Of a stretch of 64,000 nt of DNA, positions 28,965 through 36,397 are shown in pieces. The position numbers and the translations under genes were made by a program. Source of the DNA: a virus. The stretch lies in IMG/VR virus record IMGVR_UViG_3300025108_000015, positions 32,001 through 96,000 of that record. One strand, written 5' to 3'. The stretch's first letter is position 1, and each line of letters opens with the position of its first letter. The notes under the pieces are model-generated. The model saw only the letters and a list, made by a program, of their open reading frames with translations. It was not told the origin of the DNA and ran no database searches.

Positions 28965-29752
28965 TAGCAGAAATAGGTTGGAATCATTGTGGCGATATGG
29001 AACTCGCCAAAGAGATGATTCTATCGGCAAAGGAAAGTGGTGCAACTTACGCAAAGTTTCAAAGTTGGTCAGTTAGTAGACTCAAGCCAGGTGCTTGGGA
29101 TGAAGATGGCCGTAGAGAGATTTATGAGAAAGCAGAACTTACAAGGGAAAGACACATTGAACTAATCAACTATTGTAATGAAGTGGGTATCACTTTTATG
29201 TCAAGTGTATTCAGTATCAAAGATGCAGAACTTCTTGTTGAATTGGGTGTTGAAGATGTGAAGATTCCAAGTTTTGAATCTCGTAATCACGAACTTATCA
29301 AGTATTGTGATGAAAACTTCAAAACAATCTTTATGTCAACTGGGACATCTACCTTTGATGAGATTAAAGAAAGTGTAAACTTAATCAAGATTGCAGACCT
29401 TTATTTATTACATTGTGTATCTACTTACCCTTGTAATCCATCAATGTCAAATATTAATCGAATGAATCGACTAAAGACACTACATATGCCAGTTGGGTAT
29501 TCAGACCATATTCAAGGTGTAGAGTCGGCAAAGGTTGCGATTGGTGAGGGTGCAATGGCTATTGAAAAGCACTTTACTACCGACAATGACTTGCCGGGTC
29601 GTGATAACAAATTCGCAGTACTACCTCATCAAATGAAGGACTTGACTGACCATATCACGATGAGAGAGGAGATGTTTATTCAACACGGGAATGATTTCCA
29701 AGATAGTGAATTGGATTCGAGAAACAACTATACAGGAAGATTCGATGGTTAG
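28952..29752 (+). CDS. neuB: N-acetylneuraminate synthase family (NeuB), lacking the C-terminal SAF/AFP-like domain
   Basis: IAEIGWNH.GD, AKFQ, KIPS, STG, LHCVS.YP, GYSDH, IEKHFT. Confidence 0.9.
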   Translation: MVKVIAEIGWNHCGDMELAKEMILSAKESGATYAKFQSWSVSRLKPGAWDEDGRREIYEKAELTRERHIELINYCNEVGITFMSSVFSIKDAELLVELGVEDVKIPSFESRNHELIKYCDENFKTIFMSTGTSTFDEIKESVNLIKIADLYLLHCVSTYPCNPSMSNINRMNRLKTLHMPVGYSDHIQGVESAKVAIGEGAMAIEKHFTTDNDLPGRDNKFAVLPHQMKDLTDHITMREEMFIQHGNDFQDSELDSRNNYTGRFDG

Positions 29753-30383
29753 TGTTATAATTAGAAATCACAATGAACACGAGTACATCGGGTTCTCAAT
29801 TCAATCAGTGTTGGAGTATATACCTGATGCTGAGATATTGATAATAGATGACCACTCTACCGATGACTCATTGGGTGTTGTTAAGTTGTTTAACAATAGA
29901 GGTGACATCAAGGTGACTACTATTGATGACTACACTCCTGGTAAAGCAATAAATCTTGGTGTAAAACTCGCTAAGTATGAAACGATTTTAGTATTGTCAG
30001 CACATTCTCAGATTACGAAGATGAATTTGGGTTATGTTCAAACCAAACTAAAGTACTACTCGGCGGTATTTGGAAACCAAACTCCAATTTATAGAGGTAA
30101 AAAAATTACTAAGAGATACATATGGTCTCATTTCGGAACTGATGAAGAGGTGGATAATATGCATTCTACTATTGAAGATAGACCATTCTTACACAATGCA
30201 TTTTGCTTTTACAATAAAAAAGATTTGGTTAAGAATCCATTTGATGAATCTATTCCAGGAAAAGAAGATAGGTATTGGGCAATTGAGATTTTAGAAGAAG
30301 GTAAAAACTATTTATATACACCAAGTATCGAAGTAAATCACTACTATACTGGTAATGGCGCGACTTGGAAAGGATTAGGATAA
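29745..30383 (+). CDS. GT2-family glycosyltransferase
   Basis: VSVIIRN.NE, DDHSTD.S, G.A.N.G, EDR.W; ATG 29745. Confidence 0.8.
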   Translation: MVSVIIRNHNEHEYIGFSIQSVLEYIPDAEILIIDDHSTDDSLGVVKLFNNRGDIKVTTIDDYTPGKAINLGVKLAKYETILVLSAHSQITKMNLGYVQTKLKYYSAVFGNQTPIYRGKKITKRYIWSHFGTDEEVDNMHSTIEDRPFLHNAFCFYNKKDLVKNPFDESIPGKEDRYWAIEILEEGKNYLYTPSIEVNHYYTGNGATWKGLG

Positions 30384-31081
30384 TGTATAATAGAACGAAC
30401 AAAGTATATGATGTGGTGGTGTGTACAACCGCAGTAGATAGGATTGATTTACATGAGATGGTATTTCCAAAGTACATTGAGTTCCTATCGGGATTAAATG
30501 TATATTGGATGTTTACTATGAATGATATATGGAATAGTGCTGATACATCTATTCAATATCTCATATCACTGCTCAAGCAAAATAATATAGATTATAATTT
30601 CAGTTGTCACGGGTTTGGTGGAACTCAGTATGACTTTTACAAATCCGCACACTATTTGGTAAATAATGTTTCTAATATGAATCCTAAATATGGTGTAGTT
30701 TGGTTAGAAGATGATTGGTTACTTACAAAAGAAGATAAAAAACTAAAACCTATATTAGAATCTTTTAATTTTGGTGAGAATGACTACATTGGATTAGCAG
30801 CAAATAAGTTTATGAGTTTTAATCCTGGTGTATTTGGTATGGGGATTATAAATAAAATAATGTTGAAAAACATAAACAATATGGAAGGTGTATATGGACC
30901 ATCAATTGATGATTTTGGGAAGGGTAATCCTGAAAGAGCAAGTTTGTATGGACCAACAAGGCAACCATCCTCGCTAAAATGTCCAGGTAAACATCATCAC
31001 CGACCTTACTTTAAGGATATCGGTAGGAGTTGGGTTTCTCGTAATAAATTAAAAGAAAGAACTTTTAAACAAAATTTATAA
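30383..31081 (+). CDS. Hypothetical protein, possible GT-A fold
   Basis: WLEDDW (DxD-like), FNPG; lies inside the glycan island. Confidence 0.4.
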   Translation: MYNRTNKVYDVVVCTTAVDRIDLHEMVFPKYIEFLSGLNVYWMFTMNDIWNSADTSIQYLISLLKQNNIDYNFSCHGFGGTQYDFYKSAHYLVNNVSNMNPKYGVVWLEDDWLLTKEDKKLKPILESFNFGENDYIGLAANKFMSFNPGVFGMGIINKIMLKNINNMEGVYGPSIDDFGKGNPERASLYGPTRQPSSLKCPGKHHHRPYFKDIGRSWVSRNKLKERTFKQNL

Positions 31082-31947
31082 TGAAAATATTAGTTACAGG
31101 TGGTGCAGGTTTTGTAGGAACAAACCTCATCAAAAGATTATTGAAAGATGGACACAATGTAGTATCTATCGACAATTATTATACTGGTAATGTACAAAAT
31201 CATCAAAAAGGATGTAAGTATCTAAACCACGACCTCAGAAACATTACTGAGTTTATGGATGTTGATGTTGTATTTCACTTGGCAGCGATTGCCCGTATCC
31301 AACCATCATTCAAATTACCCAAAGAATATTTTACTACCAATGCAAATGGAACTCTGAATTTGGTAGATTGGTGTGCTAATAATAACGTACCAATCATATA
31401 CGCTGGTTCATCATCAAAACATAGTGGTAGATTTAAGAATCCATATACATTCTCAAAAGATGTGGGTGAAGACATCATTTCACTTTATCAGAAACATTAT
31501 GAGTTGAAATCATCAATTACACGATTTTACAATGTATATGGACCACATCATCTAAAAGATGGTGGGTATTGTACTTTAATTGGTAAATGGGAAAAGGCAA
31601 TTGAAGATGGTAAGTCGCTTACTATTTTTGGTGATGGTACTAAACGTAGAGACTTTACTCATATTGACGATATCGTAGACGCATTAGTAAAGATTATGGA
31701 ACAAGGGGCATATGGGTATGACTTTGAACTTGGTAGAGGTAAAAACTACTCTGTTAAAGACATAGCAGATATGTTCAACTATGATGATATTGTTTATGAA
31801 GATGATAAGCCAGGTGAAGCATTGGTAACTCTTTGTGAAGATACACTCGCTAATGAAATACTTGGTTGGATACCAACTAAGGATATAGATAATTACATAA
31901 CAAGTTATATAAATGAAAAAGAACATAATATTCATACCGGCAATTGA
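31081..31947 (+). CDS. NAD-dependent epimerase/dehydratase (UDP-glucose 4-epimerase-like)
   Basis: TGGAGFVG, HLAAIARI, Y..SK, RFYNVYGP, GDG...RDFTHI.D. Confidence 0.9.
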   Translation: MKILVTGGAGFVGTNLIKRLLKDGHNVVSIDNYYTGNVQNHQKGCKYLNHDLRNITEFMDVDVVFHLAAIARIQPSFKLPKEYFTTNANGTLNLVDWCANNNVPIIYAGSSSKHSGRFKNPYTFSKDVGEDIISLYQKHYELKSSITRFYNVYGPHHLKDGGYCTLIGKWEKAIEDGKSLTIFGDGTKRRDFTHIDDIVDALVKIMEQGAYGYDFELGRGKNYSVKDIADMFNYDDIVYEDDKPGEALVTLCEDTLANEILGWIPTKDIDNYITSYINEKEHNIHTGN

Positions 31948-32680
31948 TGCAGGTCGTGGAAGGCACCACGCATACAATTACAGTATTCAATCTTGGCAGA
32001 AGTGGGCTGAGAAAAATAATGCTGAAGTTGTAATTTGGGATACTGCGTTATATACTTGGGAAGAGATGACTATCCCATGGCAACGATATCACTTATTTAA
32101 AATACTTGACCATAACGAGATAGAATTTGACCAAGTTCTAATGGTTGATTCCGATACGATAGTACATCCAGATACACCTAATTTCTTTGAAATGAACGAA
32201 CGTAAGTATACTGGTGTTCTTGATTTGGGGTGTTGGGAATGGACTGGTAGGTCACTAAGACATTACAAAGATATGTTCGATGGTTACAAGCTAGATAGAG
32301 GTATGTACTTTAATGGTGGATTTCAAATTGTAAACGAATCCCATAGAGAATTCTTTGATTACGTATTAGACTTTTATTTTAAAAATCAAGATACTTTGGT
32401 AGAAAAGCAAAAAGCAGGATTGGGTACTGACCAAACTGTTATAAACTATCTGATACAAACTCAAGGAATTGATTTGAAGATGTTACCTGCCACATTCAAT
32501 CTACATCATATGTCGAGTAAGAACCTACTTAACTTTGGCCAATCGTGGTGGGGTGATAGTATGGATAATCTATACGAACAAGCGTGGGTATATCATTTTA
32601 ATGCAATTCCTAAAAATGGATTGAATAGAAACTCATCATACTTTATAAAAAGAGCATACGAGGAATTATGGGGAGAATAG
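31913..32680 (+). CDS. GT8-like / nucleotide-diphospho-sugar transferase
   Basis: VDSD (DxD), YFNGG, DQT.IN, HFN. Confidence 0.65.
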   Translation: MKKNIIFIPAIDAGRGRHHAYNYSIQSWQKWAEKNNAEVVIWDTALYTWEEMTIPWQRYHLFKILDHNEIEFDQVLMVDSDTIVHPDTPNFFEMNERKYTGVLDLGCWEWTGRSLRHYKDMFDGYKLDRGMYFNGGFQIVNESHREFFDYVLDFYFKNQDTLVEKQKAGLGTDQTVINYLIQTQGIDLKMLPATFNLHHMSSKNLLNFGQSWWGDSMDNLYEQAWVYHFNAIPKNGLNRNSSYFIKRAYEELWGE

Positions 32681-33615
32681 CATTTATATCAGAGTTACCA
32701 TTTAATGGTAAGGTGAATAGAAACCACCCACATATGAGAACTGAGTTTGCTCAATTTTGTGCTCTAAACGCAGACCATTATTGTTTCTATCAGATGGAAC
32801 AATTACAATCTGAATACGACCATATCATTCTACTCATTAGTAAGACTGATAAACTCAGAGATTTTGTATACCAAAAAGAAAAGTTGGTATCAGACTTGAG
32901 GAAGTTTGGTAAGAAGATTTGGTTTATGCAAGAGGCAACCGCACAAATATATCAAACAAAAGAACTTCATCATCAGATTTGGCATTATAATTTATTACAA
33001 GAAGTAGATGGTATCCTTACTGAAAATGTAACGGATTTTAACTACTTTAAAGGTATAACCTCTTCTGATAAAGAAATTCACACAATTCCCACTTTGATTA
33101 TTGAAGATAATTTTGTATATTTAAAAAATACTACAAAAGAAGAAAAGGTTATGATGGGTGGTAATTTCACTTCTTGGTATGGTGGGTTTGATTCTTACTT
33201 GGTATCGAGTGAGTTTAACAAACCAATATCAGTACCTAAAATGAGAACAGTTGCAAACGAAAGCCAATTGGTAGAGGTATTACCACACGTTACATTTTCA
33301 GAGTGGATGAAACTCCTATCAAGTTATAAGTACGCGGTACATCTAATGCCTAACACCACTGCAGGTACGTTTTCATTGAATTGTTCTTTTCTTGGTATAC
33401 CATGTATAGGTTATGTTGATGCTGATACACAACGATTATCTCAACCCATGCTATCGGTTGATAGATTTGATTTAGAAAGTGCACGAAGTTTAGCAAAACA
33501 ACTTAGAGATGATGAGGGCTTCTATAATGAATGTTCCAAATCGGCTCTAAATAATTACAACAAACACTTCCATGAGAATGTGTTTTTAACTAAAATGAAT
33601 AAAATATTATGTTAA
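32668..33615 (+). CDS. Putative GT-B glycosyltransferase
   Basis: AG.F...C..LG.PCIG region resembling the GT4 C-terminal signature. Confidence 0.45.
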   Translation: MGRIAFISELPFNGKVNRNHPHMRTEFAQFCALNADHYCFYQMEQLQSEYDHIILLISKTDKLRDFVYQKEKLVSDLRKFGKKIWFMQEATAQIYQTKELHHQIWHYNLLQEVDGILTENVTDFNYFKGITSSDKEIHTIPTLIIEDNFVYLKNTTKEEKVMMGGNFTSWYGGFDSYLVSSEFNKPISVPKMRTVANESQLVEVLPHVTFSEWMKLLSSYKYAVHLMPNTTAGTFSLNCSFLGIPCIGYVDADTQRLSQPMLSVDRFDLESARSLAKQLRDDEGFYNECSKSALNNYNKHFHENVFLTKMNKILC

Positions 33616-34814
33616 ATAAATCAGATATATCATTTATCCAACCATCTCGTGATAATTTAAAGTACCTAAAGTGGTCATACGATTCAATCAGAAAGAATGG
33701 TGGGCCAGAACCAACCATTTGTGTTGCAGATGACTTCAGTAACGATGGAACTTGGGAGTGGTGTCAAGAAATGATGACCACGGACCCAAACTTCAAGGCA
33801 ATACGAAACGAAGGACCAACACGATTGGGTCATACTATTCTATACGATAGATTAATCAACGAAGTAGCTACCACGCCAATTGTAGGTATATATCATGCTG
33901 ATATGTATTTATGTCCTGGCGCTCTTGAATCAGTATTAGAACACATTAAACCTCTAAGTGTGGTATCACTTACTCGTATCGAACCACCATTACATCCGGA
34001 TGGTCCTGAAAAGATTCTTTTGGACTTTGGTATTGAGCCGGAAGAGTTTGTTGATTTAGAAGATAAGCTATTAGAACAATTACCATCGTTAAAACAAGGT
34101 AAAACTACTGAGGGTATATTTGCCCCATGGTTCTTATTTAAAGAAGACTTTACTTCTATTGGTGGACACGACCCGTTATTTGCACCCCAATCAAAAGAAG
34201 ATACTGATATCTTTAATCGATTCCATCTGAATGGATATAAGTTTATTCAGACTTGGGATGGGTTTGTATATCATATGACTTGTAGAGGTAGTAGATTTGC
34301 AGATGGAGCGAAGCGTAATCCAAATGGAGAGGTCTTCATGAAGAATAGGGAGACTGATGAGTGGTTGATTCAGAATCAACGTTCAACTCGTAACTTCCTT
34401 AGAAAGTGGGGGCATTATTGTAAACATGATAAGTTAATGAAACCAGTCGTACCACATAAGTACGATATACAATTCAATATTGAAAATGGTACTTATGCAT
34501 TACTACATGCCTTAGAACCCTGGTGTAGTAGAATTGTAATAGATTTAGATAAAGATAAAATCAAAGAATATATTGAGTTAGAACAACCAAGCACTCAGTT
34601 CGATTTAAGTAAAAGAATCAATGTAGATGTAGATTCTGATATTGAAATTAGTTTTGATGGTAATAAATTTACACAAAATGCATTTAATTACATACAGCAA
34701 TTATCAGAAATATTAGATTTTAACGATTTTTCTAATGGTGAGTATGAATTAGACATATTTAATATAAAGGTGAATCGTGTAAAACACTACGATTCTGAGT
34801 TAATTAATCTATGA
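33609..34814 (+). CDS. GT2-family glycosyltransferase
   Basis: ADD.S.DGT.EW, YHADM, GG.D..F.PQ..ED.D. Confidence 0.8.
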   Translation: MLNKSDISFIQPSRDNLKYLKWSYDSIRKNGGPEPTICVADDFSNDGTWEWCQEMMTTDPNFKAIRNEGPTRLGHTILYDRLINEVATTPIVGIYHADMYLCPGALESVLEHIKPLSVVSLTRIEPPLHPDGPEKILLDFGIEPEEFVDLEDKLLEQLPSLKQGKTTEGIFAPWFLFKEDFTSIGGHDPLFAPQSKEDTDIFNRFHLNGYKFIQTWDGFVYHMTCRGSRFADGAKRNPNGEVFMKNRETDEWLIQNQRSTRNFLRKWGHYCKHDKLMKPVVPHKYDIQFNIENGTYALLHALEPWCSRIVIDLDKDKIKEYIELEQPSTQFDLSKRINVDVDSDIEISFDGNKFTQNAFNYIQQLSEILDFNDFSNGEYELDIFNIKVNRVKHYDSELINL

Positions 34815-35056
34815 GATACTTTATATTACTACCAGGAGACACCGAAGAATCAGTTGATTTCTCAACTAATGTCTTAGGTGAAATTTCATTCAAAAACTTT
34901 TGGGCAGACCAAGGGTTTGAGATATTAGTAAGATTGGTAGAAAAGTATCCGGACACTTTATCTGAAGTGACAATCAAAGACGAACAATCTAAATCTTATT
35001 CCGTAGAAGAATTCTTGGACAAAATTAAAAAGTTAAAGGTAATCCAAAATGGGTAA
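34811..35056 (+). CDS. Hypothetical protein
   Basis: Overlap-coupled ORF. Confidence 0.5.
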   Translation: MRYFILLPGDTEESVDFSTNVLGEISFKNFWADQGFEILVRLVEKYPDTLSEVTIKDEQSKSYSVEEFLDKIKKLKVIQNG

Positions 35057-35234
35057 AATAGACCTTAATAAATTAGAAGACTATGTAGATAGTCATGAGA
35101 GATATGAAAAATTTACAAAATCAAATAGGAAGAAAGCTAATAATGAAGAAAACTTTCTCCAATCACAAGGGAAGTCTGTTGGGGGGAGAACGACTGACAC
35201 TTATATCGGTCAACGAACAAAAGCAAGAACTTAG
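35049..35234 (+). CDS. Small hypothetical protein
   Basis: Coupled to the upstream gene; overlaps a second ORF at 35143-35298. Confidence 0.4.
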   Translation: MGKIDLNKLEDYVDSHERYEKFTKSNRKKANNEENFLQSQGKSVGGRTTDTYIGQRTKART

Positions 35235-35298
35235 AGTATCAGACCCATTCGGAAGTGACTGGATAATTCCTTTGGAATTTGTAGATACTTATATATAA
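35143..35298 (+). CDS. Small hypothetical protein
   Basis: MKKTFSNH...DPFG..W.IP; overlaps the previous ORF in another frame. Confidence 0.35.
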   Translation: MKKTFSNHKGSLLGGERLTLISVNEQKQELRVSDPFGSDWIIPLEFVDTYI

Positions 35299-35309
35299 GG
35301 ATATGTAAT

Positions 35310-35465
35310 ATGAGTGGATTGAGTAGATATGAAGAAGCACTTGAACGTTTAATCAAATCGGTTGATGAGAAGTGGTCAGCTTCATATAAAAAATCCATAG
35401 ATTGTAATAACCCAAAAGGCTTTAGTCAAAAAGCACATTGTGCCGGCCGCAAAAAAGGAAAATAG
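35310..35465 (+). CDS. 51-aa protein with EKWS..YKKSIDCNNPKGFSQKAHC motif; missed by ORF track
   Basis: My translation: MSGLSRYEEALERLIKSVDEKWSASYKKSIDCNNPKGFSQKAHCAGRKKGK. I recall this motif from large myophage proteins. Confidence 0.6.
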   Translation: MSGLSRYEEALERLIKSVDEKWSASYKKSIDCNNPKGFSQKAHCAGRKKGK

Positions 35466-35466
35466 T

Positions 35467-36348
35467 ATGTTACTAAAAGTAGGTTCAAAAGGAAACGAAG
35501 TTAAATTATTACAAGAGTTTTTAGAAATTGGCGCAGATGGTATATTCGGTAAAGGAACTGAGAAATCAGTTAAAGAATTCCAAAAAATCAATGGTTTGGT
35601 TGCTGATGGTATCGTTGGCGCTTCCACTTGGGATTGTATGGGTTTGGCTACTACTGATGACTCAGAAAAGACATTCGAAACGGAAAATTGTCTAATTGTT
35701 AATAGACATTACTTACCTAATGGTGAGTATAAATCAGGCCCAACTAATAAAGAGTATATATTCTTACATCATACTGCAGGGTGGCACAACCCATTCAATT
35801 GTATCGACCAATGGGGTAGAGATTCTCGTGGTGCAGTAGCAACTGAATTTGTATTAGGTGGTCCATCAGTAAAAGGTAACAATGAAGACTATGATGGTGT
35901 AATGGTACAAGCATTTCCTGAAGGTGGTTATGGGTGGCACTTAGGTAAGAATGGGTCACAGTATATGCACACACATTCAGTAGGAATTGAAGTGTGTAAC
36001 TTTGGCTGGATTAAAGATGGTAAAACATATGCCGGTACACGAGTTCATGAATCTCAGTTGGTTGAGTTAGACACCCCATTTAGAGGATTCAAAACTTGGC
36101 ACAAATATTCCGATGACCAAATCGAAGCACTTAGAAAGTGGATTCTATGGATTGGTGAGAGAGATAACATTGATGTAAGAAGCGGATTAGTAGAAGAAGT
36201 AAAGAAAAAAGGTGCAGGTGGATTTGAATTCAATGAAGATGCATACTATGGTAGAGTAAAGGGTATGTGGACTCATACTAATACACGTAAAGATAAGTTT
36301 GATATGTTCCCACAACAAGAACTATTAGATATGTTAATCTCTTTATAG
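35467..36348 (+). CDS. N-acetylmuramoyl-L-alanine amidase with N-terminal peptidoglycan-binding domain (endolysin)
   Basis: LKVGSKG..V..LQ..L....DG.FG..T...V..FQ...GL..DGIVG; IFLHHTAG, SVGIEVCN.G, HTN.RKDK.D; ATG 35467. Confidence 0.88.
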   Translation: MLLKVGSKGNEVKLLQEFLEIGADGIFGKGTEKSVKEFQKINGLVADGIVGASTWDCMGLATTDDSEKTFETENCLIVNRHYLPNGEYKSGPTNKEYIFLHHTAGWHNPFNCIDQWGRDSRGAVATEFVLGGPSVKGNNEDYDGVMVQAFPEGGYGWHLGKNGSQYMHTHSVGIEVCNFGWIKDGKTYAGTRVHESQLVELDTPFRGFKTWHKYSDDQIEALRKWILWIGERDNIDVRSGLVEEVKKKGAGGFEFNEDAYYGRVKGMWTHTNTRKDKFDMFPQQELLDMLISL

Positions 36349-36397
36349 TAATATTACATAGTTATAACAGTAACGTAAATCATCCACGGAATTTATT

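Noticed and set aside
15951-34814. Window as a bacterial chromosome segment (capsule/LPS locus)
   Set aside because: The flanks are T4-like replication and small phage genes, with the same promoter motifs and strand throughout and no export or polymerase genes.
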